Source: Planctomycetota bacterium
Lineage (GTDB): Bacteria > Planctomycetota > UBA1135 > UBA2386
Reading direction: 5' to 3'
NCBI GenBank assembly: GCA_028281765.1
Contig: JANQJF010000024.1
Location: forward strand, 9,883 to 73,882
DNA: 64,000 nt
Both the position numbers and the translations under genes were made by a program. Of this stretch, positions 18,982-28,494 are shown in pieces. The notes beneath the pieces are model-generated. The model made no database searches, was not told the DNA's origin, and saw only the letters and a program-made list of their open reading frames with translations. Each line of letters starts with the position of its first letter. Within the stretch, counting starts at the first letter, position 1.

Positions 18982-19251
18982 ATGAGCCGAATTCCGCACC
19001 ACGTGCCTCCCGCCGCCGCGGTGACCACCGCTGCTCTCCTGCTGGCGCTCGATCCATCCGCGGTTGCCCACCTCGTGATCCCGACGCCGCTCCCCTACAA
19101 CGTGAACCCGTGCGGCGGAACCTTCTCGATGCAGTGCCTCCACGTCGACGGCGATCGTGTTCGAGGTCTGACGACTTCCCGGGGCCGACGACCAGTGGTC
19201 CGGGATGAACAGCCGGGGTTCCCCCCGCGGCACGACACTCTCAGCAGGTAG
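18982..19251 (+). pseudogene. Probable remnant of a secreted protein (signal-like N-terminus joined to end of shared domain)
   Basis: MSRIPHHVPPAAAVTTAALLLA then LDPSAVAHLVIPTPLPYNVNPCGGTFSMQCLHVD..GLTTSRG, resembling tails of other secreted proteins here. Confidence 0.4.
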
Positions 19252-19263
19252 CCTGCCTGACGC

Positions 19264-20415
19264 ATGCTGCCGAACCGCACGCCCGCCGCTCCGACGACCA
19301 ACGCCGGATTGAGTTCGCCGCGCAGACAGTGGTCGTTGCTCACCGGACTGGTCGCAGCCGCGGTCGTGTGCCTGTCGGTCGAGGAGTTCGTCGGGATGCA
19401 GCGGATGGCCGAGCTCTTCGAGGATGCGCCGATCCCCGACCTCGACTGGGCACAGTTTCTCGTCGCGTGGTCACTCTGGCTCGCCGCCGCGCCATTCGTC
19501 GCATGGCTGGGCCTGCGCTGCGTGCCCGGACGCATGCCGTGGTGGCTCGCGCTGCTCGCGCACGTGATGTCGGCGTTCGCCGGTGCGTTTGTCATCTGCC
19601 AGCTCGAGATGTGGTCGGCACACGCGCTCGGGGACACCTTCGACGAAGCTGACATCCGCGCTGCCGAACCACCGACCGGCGTCCTCGTCGTAGAAGCCTC
19701 TCGCTGGTGGTTCGTGCTCGGCTACGCCTGGCGATTCGGGATCCTGTCCGTCGTCGCGGTCGTCCCATCGCTGGCGATGCTGAACTCCGAACGCGAGCGC
19801 CGGCGGGACCAGCTCTTGCGCGAACTCGCCGAAACGGAGAACCGACTGCTCCGTGCCCAGCTGCAACCACACTTCCTCTTCAACGCTCTGAACGGCATCC
19901 AAGTCCTCATCGACGACGATCCGAACCGCGCCAAGGTCGTGCTACGTCGGCTGTCGGCGCTCCTGCGGAACACTCTCGAGGACGCACACCAGACTCTGCT
20001 GCCGTTGTCACGCGAGCTCGAAATCCTGGAAGACTACCTGGAACTCGAGCGACTCCGACTCGGCGACCGCGTGCGCATCACTCTCGAAGCGGAGCCCGGC
20101 AACGACGACGTCCTCGTGCCATCGTTCTGCCTGCAGCCACTGGTCGAGAACAGCTTGATCCACGGGCCGGGCGCGCGGGTCGCGGGCGGATCCGTCGGCA
20201 TCTCGATTCGTCGCGCCGGCGACGCGCTCGAGATGGAGGTTCGTGACGATGGTCCGGGTGTCCCGACCACGGACCGACCGACGAACGGACACGGCCTCGG
20301 CATCCTCGAGCAACGGCTCCTCCGCGCGTTCGACGCCCGCGCCTCGCTGCACATTCACGACTCGCAACCGCACGGTTTCGCCGTCACGATTCGGGTCCCG
20401 GCGGCAGGCGCCTAG
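19264..20415 (+). CDS. LytS/YehU-family sensor histidine kinase
   Basis: LRAQLQPHFLFNALN, LQPLVENSLIHG, VRDDGPG, GHGLG; N-terminal TMs. Confidence 0.93.
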   Translation: MLPNRTPAAPTTNAGLSSPRRQWSLLTGLVAAAVVCLSVEEFVGMQRMAELFEDAPIPDLDWAQFLVAWSLWLAAAPFVAWLGLRCVPGRMPWWLALLAHVMSAFAGAFVICQLEMWSAHALGDTFDEADIRAAEPPTGVLVVEASRWWFVLGYAWRFGILSVVAVVPSLAMLNSERERRRDQLLRELAETENRLLRAQLQPHFLFNALNGIQVLIDDDPNRAKVVLRRLSALLRNTLEDAHQTLLPLSRELEILEDYLELERLRLGDRVRITLEAEPGNDDVLVPSFCLQPLVENSLIHGPGARVAGGSVGISIRRAGDALEMEVRDDGPGVPTTDRPTNGHGLGILEQRLLRAFDARASLHIHDSQPHGFAVTIRVPAAGA

Positions 20416-21132
20416 ATGTATCGCGTTCTCGTAGTCGACGACGAAGATCTTGGCCGACGCGCGGTCTGCCGACTGCTCGAATCGGACCCGCGATTCGAGG
20501 TCGTCGGCCAAGCGGCGGATGGCCCGACCGCGCTCGCGACTATCCGGGAACTCGAGCCCGACGTCGCGTTCCTCGATCTCGCGATGCCCGGCCTCGGCGG
20601 GATCGACATCGCATCACGCTGCCCGGACCCCAAGCCGGTGCTCGTCTTCGTGACGGCGCACGATCGGCATGCGGTCGAAGCCTTTCGTGAAGCGGCGCTC
20701 GACTACGTGCTCAAGCCGATCGACCCCGCCCGGTTTGCGGTGACGCTCGACCGCGTGGCAGAGCGCCTCGAGCTGGAGGCTTCGCACCAGCGCGGCCACA
20801 GCGAGCGGCTGACCGTGCGCAGTGGCGCACGCACGGTCATCATCGACGTCGCGGACCTCGTCTACGTCGAGGCCCGCGGCAACTACCTCGAACTCCACGC
20901 CACGGGATCGACCGAGCGCGTGCGAATGACGCTGGCAAACCTGCTCGCACAGCTTCAGGGCACGCCCGTCGTCCGCGTCCATCGCAGCTTCGCGGTGCAC
21001 ATCGACAGGATCCGCGCTCTCGAGGGCACGGACGGCTCCCACGCGGCGCGCCTCGTCCTGAAGGACGGCGCTGCGATTCCCGTAGGGCGCACGTACCGAG
21101 ACCAGCTCAAACGGCTGCTCGACACGCACTGA
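20416..21132 (+). CDS. LytTR-family response regulator
   Basis: VVDDE, FLDLAMPG, FVTAHD, DYVLKP, RVHRSFAV, PVGRTY. Confidence 0.94.
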   Translation: MYRVLVVDDEDLGRRAVCRLLESDPRFEVVGQAADGPTALATIRELEPDVAFLDLAMPGLGGIDIASRCPDPKPVLVFVTAHDRHAVEAFREAALDYVLKPIDPARFAVTLDRVAERLELEASHQRGHSERLTVRSGARTVIIDVADLVYVEARGNYLELHATGSTERVRMTLANLLAQLQGTPVVRVHRSFAVHIDRIRALEGTDGSHAARLVLKDGAAIPVGRTYRDQLKRLLDTH

Positions 21133-21196
21133 TCCCCCGTCACTGGCTGTTCGTCCACGTAGGGAGCGATCGCGACGCTCGCGACGTCTCGCTCGC

Positions 21197-22423
21197 ATGA
21201 TCACCCACCCCCTTTTCGTCGCCGCGCTGAGTGTCGCGGCAGCCCTGCCAGCCCAGGAACACGCCGCCAGGTCGATGCCGATCCCGTGGTCGACCGACTT
21301 CGCCGCGGCACAGAAACGAGCGTCAAAAGCGGACAAGCCGATGCTCCTGATGTTCTCGACAACCTGGTGCAAGCCGTGCAAGCAGATCATCCGGGACGTG
21401 CTCCCGGATGAGAAAGTGCAGCAAGAGCTCGCGGCGCTCGAGTGCGTCTACATCGATGCCGACGAGCACGGCGATCTCGTCGAACGGTATGCGGTTCGGG
21501 GCTTCCCGTCGTTCGTGTTCACCGACGCAGCAGGCGCCGAGACTCGGCGTTCTGTCGGATCTTCCGGAACCGTCGATGGCTTTCTCGGAATGCTGAATGA
21601 GAAAGCGAAGCCGAGAACCGCGAACGCGGAGAGCGCCGGAACCGAGCAAGACTTCCAAGGCAAGCCGGAGCCCCGCGCAATCGCCGCGCTCGAAGCGCTC
21701 GCCGCCAGCGCGTGGCGATTCGCGGGAAGCGTCAAGGTCGAGGTGCCGGACGACGGCGGCGAAGGCGGCATGATGATGATGGTCGGGGGCCCGGAGGTGA
21801 CACCCGCCTTCGAAGGAGAACTCGACGTGCTACGGACCGCCGACGGGGCCTGCCTGGCATGCTCGAAGAAGCCGGTTCCGGGCATTGCGATCCTGCAGAC
21901 GGGGCGCAAAACGATCGTGCGAAGCACGGCCCCGCTCGGTGCACGCCGCAACGCCGCCGCGCTGAACTCCGACATCGCGGTCCTTCTGCGTCCGGCGACA
22001 CTTCTCGAGTGGGCCAAGGCCAATGCGGTCTGGAAGGTCAAGACCGGGGCCGAAGATCGGACCACGTTCGCAACGGTCGTGCCCGGCGACTTCGATACGG
22101 AAGACGCGCCCGCCGCCGACTTCGACGACCCGATGGCCGGAATGGCCGACCCGATGAAGCCGCGAATCCTGAAGACCCGACTGCAGCTCTCGGTCGACGC
22201 CGCAGGCAAGCTCATCGCGATCGACGTGCGCACGACCTGGAGTGACCCGCACGCGACGATGATGGAACTCGCACAGCAGGGCGGCGAGCTCGACTTCGAA
22301 GAGCTGATGGAGGCCGAGCCGGTCGCGGGCCCGATGCACCGCTACTGCCTCACGGCCGTCAACGGGGCACCGAGCAAACGAGTCGCAGGCATGTTGAAGG
22401 ACCTGCGCAGCTCGGCCCGATGA
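21197..22423 (+). CDS. Secreted thioredoxin-domain protein with uncharacterised C-terminal domain
   Basis: Signal peptide, FSTTWCKPCK, YAVRGFPSFVF. Confidence 0.85.
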   Translation: MITHPLFVAALSVAAALPAQEHAARSMPIPWSTDFAAAQKRASKADKPMLLMFSTTWCKPCKQIIRDVLPDEKVQQELAALECVYIDADEHGDLVERYAVRGFPSFVFTDAAGAETRRSVGSSGTVDGFLGMLNEKAKPRTANAESAGTEQDFQGKPEPRAIAALEALAASAWRFAGSVKVEVPDDGGEGGMMMMVGGPEVTPAFEGELDVLRTADGACLACSKKPVPGIAILQTGRKTIVRSTAPLGARRNAAALNSDIAVLLRPATLLEWAKANAVWKVKTGAEDRTTFATVVPGDFDTEDAPAADFDDPMAGMADPMKPRILKTRLQLSVDAAGKLIAIDVRTTWSDPHATMMELAQQGGELDFEELMEAEPVAGPMHRYCLTAVNGAPSKRVAGMLKDLRSSAR

Positions 22424-22432
22424 TCCGATAGA

Positions 22433-22852
22433 TCATCCCAGCAGCAGGTACGCGACGCCACTGCGCGCGGACCACGCGACCGTGCGCACCCAGTTCGAGC
22501 GCACCAATCGCCGCACGGCGCGGGCATCGAACCCCACCTCGAGGTCGCGATGCCGAGGCACCTGCAACAGTCCGGTCGACAACCAGACGACGAGCAGGAG
22601 CCCGAAGCCGACGGCGGTCAGCGTGCCGCCGTCCGCGGGTGGCTGCAGTAGCAGCCACGCCGCGGTGCCGGCTTCCGTCAACATGAACGGCGCGACCACC
22701 ATCGTGGTGCGCCGCACGTGCTGTTCGTGGAAATCGGCGAAGGTCGCCTCCCCCACCCGCGTGTAGAGCGGGTAGTGGACGACCTGCACGAACCAGATCA
22801 GCCCGGTCATCGCGACCGTGGCGACCAGGTGCAGGCCGAGGACGACATCCAC
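22433..22852 (-). CDS. Small four-TM membrane protein
   Basis: GLIWFVQVVHYP, VPRH..L, LVRSNWVRT..WSAR; GTG start at 22852. Confidence 0.75.
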   Translation of the reverse strand: MDVVLGLHLVATVAMTGLIWFVQVVHYPLYTRVGEATFADFHEQHVRRTTMVVAPFMLTEAGTAAWLLLQPPADGGTLTAVGFGLLLVVWLSTGLLQVPRHRDLEVGFDARAVRRLVRSNWVRTVAWSARSGVAYLLLG

Positions 22853-22857
22853 GGTCT

Positions 22858-24495
22858 TTAGCCGCGCACGAGCTCGAGGTAGTCGGTGAACTCGAGACCG
22901 AGCGGGTTGTTCGTGGACTCGTAGGTCCACTGGAAGAACAGCTCGTCGACGAACTGGTTCGCCGCTTCCGGCAGCGTGAACTGCAGCGACGCAGCACCGG
23001 CACCGTCGGTCATCGCGCCGACCGTGAAGAAGCCGTTCGAGTAGAACGAGCAACCCGGGGCGCCGATGACGCCGAGGTCGATCGGCAGCGGCGTGCCGTT
23101 GAACATCATGTCGTCGGTGCCGACGAACAGGACCGCCGAGTCCATCGCGCCAGCGCCCGACAGGGTCACGTTGAACGGCATCTGCTCTTCGATCTGCATC
23201 ATGCTGGTCGCGATCGTAGCCGAACCGCACGCGGTGCCCTGCGTGCTGAAGGTGAACGGCGGCGAGAAGTCGACGGCTTGGACGACGACGGTGAAGTTCG
23301 GCGCCGAGGCGTCACCGATCGCGTAGACCTGGTAGCTGACGTCTTCGTCGAACGTGAGCGGCGCCGGGCCGAGGGCCACGGTGCTCGTGCCCGCGAGGAA
23401 CAGCGTCGCGTCGTAGCTGCCGACCGGGACGTCGACCGCGGCCGAGTTGGGGTTGGTGAGACCCGGGATCGTGAGGACGTTCGCGCCCATCTGGTCGATG
23501 CCGACGTCGACGGCCGGAGCCTGCGCCGTGTGGCGAACCGCGACGCGCGCTTGGCCAGCAGCGATCGGGCTCAGGTCTTCTTCGAACAGCGTGACGGTGT
23601 TCTGACCGGTCTCGGTCAGGTGCGCGATCACGGAGTACTCCATCGCGTTCTCGAGGACGACGTTCGCGCTCAGGACGGTCGCGCCGTTCAGACGCAGTTC
23701 GAGCGTGGTCGGGCCAGACGGAATCTCGACCGGACCGATGATGTCCGTGTAGTTGAAGAAGAACGCGCTCGTGCCGTCGATGACGACCTCGACCGGTGCC
23801 GGGAGACCCGGAATCCCGTGAATCGCCGAGATCGTCGAGTGCGCACCGGACGGGCTGAAGTCGATCGCTTGCACGATCAGCGCGAAGTTTGTCGTGGAGA
23901 CGTCACCGACCGCGTAGACGCGATAGCTGACGTCCGCGGCGAGATCGAGTGCGGCAGGACCAAAGGCGAGGTTGGTCGTGCCTGCGACGAACAGGCTCGC
24001 GTCGTATGCGCCGGCGGGCACGTCCGTAACAGCCTCGTTCGGGTTGGTGAGGTTCGGGATCGTCAGGACGGTCGCGCCATTCTGAGCAATGTCGACGTCG
24101 ACGGCCGGGGCCTGCGCCGTGTGACGGATCGACACGCGCGAGTTGCCAGCGCCGATCGGCGACATGTCATCCGTGAACAGCGAGATCGTGTTGTTGCCGG
24201 TCGCGTCGAGGTGCGCGATGGCCGAGTACTCGACGCCGGCTTGCAGCGTCACGTTGGCCGTCAGCACCGGAGTGCCGTTGAGGCGAACTTCGACGGCGAG
24301 CGGGCCGGCGTCGACTTCGATCGGGCCACGCACGTCTTCGTAGTCGAACGAAAAGAGGACGTTGCCATTGGCCGCGACTTCGACGGGAGCCGGCAGGCCG
24401 GGGATACCGTGAATGACCGAAAGACGGGCCGTTTGCGCTTCGAGTGCGGGGGCGAGACCGCAGGCGAGTGCGGCCATCATGAACATGCTTCGCAT
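22858..24495 (-). CDS. Secreted protein with tandem DUF4397-like domains plus shared C-terminal domain
   Basis: Duplicated IHGIPGLPAPVEV / RHTAQAPAVDV units; signal peptide. Confidence 0.85.
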   Translation of the reverse strand: MRSMFMMAALACGLAPALEAQTARLSVIHGIPGLPAPVEVAANGNVLFSFDYEDVRGPIEVDAGPLAVEVRLNGTPVLTANVTLQAGVEYSAIAHLDATGNNTISLFTDDMSPIGAGNSRVSIRHTAQAPAVDVDIAQNGATVLTIPNLTNPNEAVTDVPAGAYDASLFVAGTTNLAFGPAALDLAADVSYRVYAVGDVSTTNFALIVQAIDFSPSGAHSTISAIHGIPGLPAPVEVVIDGTSAFFFNYTDIIGPVEIPSGPTTLELRLNGATVLSANVVLENAMEYSVIAHLTETGQNTVTLFEEDLSPIAAGQARVAVRHTAQAPAVDVGIDQMGANVLTIPGLTNPNSAAVDVPVGSYDATLFLAGTSTVALGPAPLTFDEDVSYQVYAIGDASAPNFTVVVQAVDFSPPFTFSTQGTACGSATIATSMMQIEEQMPFNVTLSGAGAMDSAVLFVGTDDMMFNGTPLPIDLGVIGAPGCSFYSNGFFTVGAMTDGAGAASLQFTLPEAANQFVDELFFQWTYESTNNPLGLEFTDYLELVRG

Positions 24496-24562
24496 GAGTA
24501 GGGACCTGTGAGTTGGTGGGAAGGTTGGTGTCAGGGAGCAGGTCGCTCCAGCTGGACCGTGC

Positions 24563-24589
24563 TTCGCGACCCCCACTTGGGCGGATGCA
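24563..24589 (-). promoter_or_regulatory. Possible ECF-sigma promoter of the DUF4397 gene
   Basis: TGCATCC-N16-CGAA on minus strand about 70 nt upstream of ATG. Confidence 0.3.
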
Positions 24590-24653
24590 AAAGATCCGTC
24601 CAGAGCGCGAGAAACCCGCATCTACACATGGAGTTCAGTCGAAACGCCAAATC

Positions 24654-25415
24654 GTGTTACCGGAGCAGAATTCGAACTACTGGAGCGACTCGGGCAGCTT
24701 CCTGGTGATCGGAGCATCAGGCGGTATCGGTGGCGCCGTAACGCGCGGCTTGCTCGCGCACGGCGCGCGCGTGCTCGGGAGCTGCCGCCATCCGGATGCA
24801 CTCGCCGGCATCACCGAGCACGCGTCCGCGTGTGATGCCACCGTCGCCGCCGACGTCGACCGTGTCGTGGACGAAGCGAAGGAACTCGGCGAAGGCAAGA
24901 TCGCCGGGGTCGTGCTCTGCTCGGGAAGCATCCTACTGAAGCCGGCTCACCGCACCACCGACGAAGAGTGGGGCGACACGATCGCACGCAATCTCACCGC
25001 GGCGTTTCACGTCACGCGCGCGGCCGCTCGCGCGATGCGCGGAGGCGGGTCCGTGGTGTTGTGTTCCTCGGCCGCAGCGCAGACCGGCATGGCGAACCAC
25101 GACGCGATCGCCGCCGCCAAGGCCGGCATCGAAGGGCTGACGCGCTCGGCCGCAGCGACCTACGCATCGCGTGGCCTCCGCTTCAACGCGGTCGCTCCGG
25201 GACTCGTGAAGACGGCCATGGCGAGCGCGATCGTCGACAATCCGGCGGCGCTGGAGGCCTCGCGTTCGATGCACGCTCTCGGTCGCGTCGGCGAACCGGA
25301 CGATGTCGCCGCCGCGATTCTGTGGCTCCTGGACCCGCTTTCGACCTGGGTGAGCGGCCAGGTCGTCGGAATCGACGGGGGCCTGGCGCGCCTGCGAGCG
25401 ATGCCGCGCCGCTGA
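24654..25415 (+). CDS. SDR family oxidoreductase
   Basis: GASGGIG, AAAKAGIEG (catalytic Tyr absent), NAVAPG, GQVVGIDGG; start uncertain. Confidence 0.88.
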   Translation: MLPEQNSNYWSDSGSFLVIGASGGIGGAVTRGLLAHGARVLGSCRHPDALAGITEHASACDATVAADVDRVVDEAKELGEGKIAGVVLCSGSILLKPAHRTTDEEWGDTIARNLTAAFHVTRAAARAMRGGGSVVLCSSAAAQTGMANHDAIAAAKAGIEGLTRSAAATYASRGLRFNAVAPGLVKTAMASAIVDNPAALEASRSMHALGRVGEPDDVAAAILWLLDPLSTWVSGQVVGIDGGLARLRAMPRR

Positions 25416-25576
25416 GAGACGCCGGTTCGCCAACAGTTTCGGGGCGCCGCGCGTGAGTCCTCGAATCTCCCCGCGGCAACTCTCCTAGGATTTCTCCGCC
25501 CTCGGCGATCCCGATATCGTATCGCCCGAGCCAGCCCCCCATTTCCGGGCCGGGCACCATCCCGAGAGACCCAAAC

Positions 25577-26245
25577 ATGAGAACCTCCCTACTCGCTCTG
25601 ATTCTCGCGAGCGCGATCACGCCGCTCACCGCCCAGCAAGTCTTCAACAACACCGGCGCCGACCGGAAGGCCTCGACGGCGTTCGTCTTCGACCAGTCGT
25701 TCAACATTCTCGCCGCCGCGAACGTCACGTACGGCCAGCCGATGTGGAAAGACGAGTACACCGCGATGCTCGACCGGCTCAAAGGCCGCAAGAACCGTCT
25801 CGGCAAGGACTGGTGGACGACGCTCGAAACCGCGGGCGACATCGAGATCGGCGGCACCAAGATCCCTGCCGGCAGCTACATGCTCGGCCTCGAGTGTGAC
25901 AAGGACGGCAACTTCCACCTGCTCGCGATGGACGCGAAGATGGTGACCAAGAAGAAGTGGGCACCTTGGAGCGGCGACGCCTGGACTGGCGAGATCAAGT
26001 GCAAGCTGAAGCTCGAGAAGGACTCGCTCGAGAAGAAGCACGAGAAGATGCACATCGTGCTCACCGCGAACGAAGGAAACCCGAAGAGCGGGTCGTTCGC
26101 GATCCAGTGGGGCCCGCACCAGCTGACCGCCAACGTCGCCTACCACATGGATAGCAAGAACGACAAGGCCAAGGAAGCCGCGATGGACAAGAAGGTCGAG
26201 AAGAAGAAGGCCGACGCGAAGAAGAAGTACGAGAAGCTCAAGTGA
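25577..26245 (+). CDS. Secreted DUF2911-like protein with Lys-rich tail
   Basis: VTYGQP, RLGKDWWTTLET..IEIGGTKIPAGSY, IQWG. Confidence 0.8.
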   Translation: MRTSLLALILASAITPLTAQQVFNNTGADRKASTAFVFDQSFNILAAANVTYGQPMWKDEYTAMLDRLKGRKNRLGKDWWTTLETAGDIEIGGTKIPAGSYMLGLECDKDGNFHLLAMDAKMVTKKKWAPWSGDAWTGEIKCKLKLEKDSLEKKHEKMHIVLTANEGNPKSGSFAIQWGPHQLTANVAYHMDSKNDKAKEAAMDKKVEKKKADAKKKYEKLK

Positions 26246-26260
26246 GCTGACCGTACTCGC

Positions 26261-26301
26261 GAAACAGGCGCAGCACCGCGACGCGGGCTGCGCCTGGTTT
26301 C
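26261..26301. terminator. Hairpin between convergent genes, likely bidirectional terminator
   Basis: GAAAC-AGGCGCAGC...GCTGCGCCT-GGTTTC. Confidence 0.6.
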
Positions 26302-26309
26302 GTATGGGA

Positions 26310-28352
26310 TCACTCGCACTCGCCGGAGATCAGCACTTTGAACTCCGCACCGAGCGGCAGCGGCACGAGGTCCTGATTGAAGATCCGCCAACTGCCGTTG
26401 GCGTAGTAAACCCCGACCGAGTGATCGTTGTAGATCTGGGTGCCACCGGCGGCGAACTCGACCCACTCCTGCGTCACGAAAATCACCGCATCCGGATTGC
26501 CGTTGAGCGACGGGTGATCGAGCGTGGTGATTTGACCACTGGTGTTCGATGCGGTCGCGCGGTGCGTGAAGCTGCCATCCGAACTCAGTGCGCCGTCGTC
26601 GACGACCACGAAGAACTTGGCGCCAGCCGGCATCGAAGCGCCCGACTGATTGAAGACGTTCCAGCGAGCCGTAGCCGCAGAGTACCAGACACCGACGTTG
26701 TTCGCGTTGTAGACCCCGCTCCCCCCTGCTTCGTAGAACTGCGTGACGAAGAGGTTCGCGTTCGGCCGCGCGTTCAGCGCCGGGTGGTTGATCTCGAACC
26801 AGTTCGCGAAGGGGCTCGTCGCGGTCGCGACGAACGACGTCGCGCCGGGGTTGGGTACCAAGACGTTGAACGATGCGCCGCTCGGCATCGCCGCGAGGTC
26901 CTGGTTGAAGATGCTCCAGCCGCCGAAGAGATTGAAGAACACCCCGATCGGATGCGGGTTGTAGATCGAATTCGGCTCCCAGTTCTGGGTCACGAGCACG
27001 GGCCCGTCCGAGAGGTCCTCGAGCCCCGCGATCGTCGTCGAGTTGCCACTGATGCTCAGCGGATCGGCGGTGTACACGAAGCTGTTGCCGCGCGGGTTCT
27101 CGGGCGCGACCAAGACGTTGAAGTCGGCACCCGGCGGGATCGGACTCCCGGTCTGGTTGCGGATCACCCAATGGCCGGCGTCGTAGATCACCGAGATCGG
27201 ATCGGCGACCTGAATGGATCCGGGATCGCTGAAACGCTTGGTGACGATGACGTTCGCGTTGGGCTCGCCGTTCAGGCCGGGATGGTCGAGGCGGGTTCCC
27301 GACGGGACGGCGTTCCCGTTGGTTGCGGAGTGCACGAACGGTGCGTGCTCCAACGCGAGCCGGTCGTTCCCGATGACCACGTTGAATGCGGCACCGAACG
27401 GGAACGGCGCGCCGATGTTGAAGACGTGCCAGTACCCCCCGGAGTAAGTCACGTCGAACTCATGATCGTTGTAGACACCGCTACCCCCGCCCGGATTCCA
27501 GACCTGCGAGGCGAACACGATCGCGTCCGGATTGCCGTTGAGTTCCGGATGATCGATACGGATGCGGCCGGTGAGCGTCGCGCTGACGTCCGCACGCACG
27601 ACGAACTGGCACGCCGCGCTGTTCGGCAGGAAGACGTTGTAGGTATCCCGCACGGATAGCGCGGAGCCGCCCGTGAGCATCGGCGTCAGGTCCTGATTGA
27701 AGATCGCCCACTGCGAACCGGTGTAGTAGAGCCCGGTCACACTCGTGTCGTCCGCGAACGACGCACCCGGCGGGCGTCTGGTTTGGAGCATGATCGCGCC
27801 GGGCTCACCGTCGATCGACGGATGACTGATCCGCGTGGAGTTGCTGCTCGAGTTCGCCGCGGTCGCGGTGTGCCACAGCGAGTCCACGGCAGGGTCCAGG
27901 CGCACGGTCGCACCGTCACTCAGCACGACGCCGAGCGGGTTCGCCGCCGGGTCGAGGATCGCGTACTGCGCGTAGAACTCGAAGCAGCTCGGCACTCCGG
28001 ACAACGGCACGAACACCGACGCCTCGTTGCCGATGATGACTCCTGTCAGGGAGAGCGGGGTTTGGACGTAGAGTTCGCACCCGGGCATTCCCGCGACGCC
28101 CAGGTCGATCCCGGGATCGAACCGATCGAAGCCGAGGAACAAGACGGCCGAGGCGCCGGTCGGGACGGCATCGGAACGAATCTCCAGGAACTCCCCGTGC
28201 GCGACGTGATCGGACCGGGGAATCGAGATGCGCGGGGTGCCGACGGAACCGGGGCAACCCGACCCGAACGACAGGAATTGTGCCGGCAGCGCAGCGGCAG
28301 AACCGCCGAGCGCGAGGAGGAAGGGGAGGAGTCGAGATTCGAGTGTGCTCAT
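26310..28352 (-). CDS. Secreted protein: N-terminal shared domain plus six ~85 aa repeats (DUF7452-like)
   Basis: Repeats of (I/L)DHP.LNGNP.A..VTQ..VYN.H..GV.Y..W.IFNQD..MP.GA.FNVL. Confidence 0.85.
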   Translation of the reverse strand: MSTLESRLLPFLLALGGSAAALPAQFLSFGSGCPGSVGTPRISIPRSDHVAHGEFLEIRSDAVPTGASAVLFLGFDRFDPGIDLGVAGMPGCELYVQTPLSLTGVIIGNEASVFVPLSGVPSCFEFYAQYAILDPAANPLGVVLSDGATVRLDPAVDSLWHTATAANSSSNSTRISHPSIDGEPGAIMLQTRRPPGASFADDTSVTGLYYTGSQWAIFNQDLTPMLTGGSALSVRDTYNVFLPNSAACQFVVRADVSATLTGRIRIDHPELNGNPDAIVFASQVWNPGGGSGVYNDHEFDVTYSGGYWHVFNIGAPFPFGAAFNVVIGNDRLALEHAPFVHSATNGNAVPSGTRLDHPGLNGEPNANVIVTKRFSDPGSIQVADPISVIYDAGHWVIRNQTGSPIPPGADFNVLVAPENPRGNSFVYTADPLSISGNSTTIAGLEDLSDGPVLVTQNWEPNSIYNPHPIGVFFNLFGGWSIFNQDLAAMPSGASFNVLVPNPGATSFVATATSPFANWFEINHPALNARPNANLFVTQFYEAGGSGVYNANNVGVWYSAATARWNVFNQSGASMPAGAKFFVVVDDGALSSDGSFTHRATASNTSGQITTLDHPSLNGNPDAVIFVTQEWVEFAAGGTQIYNDHSVGVYYANGSWRIFNQDLVPLPLGAEFKVLISGECE

Positions 28353-28494
28353 GGATCAGCTCGCTTTCGACCCGGGGAATGCAATGCGACGCCGGCCGTC
28401 ACGCTCGGAGTCGAACTTCGCACAGAAACTCCGATGAGACCGCCGACTCGCCTCTCGACACCGCTGCGGGCCACGAATGGCCGATGAGCACCCC

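Noticed and set aside
18865-19260. Possible tRNA or ncRNA upstream of pth
   Set aside because: No cloverleaf, T-loop or recognisable RNA family motif; better explained by a promoter plus a gene remnant.
21133-21196. Possible LytTR direct-repeat site
   Set aside because: Only short CG-rich repeats without convincing spacing; indistinguishable from background.
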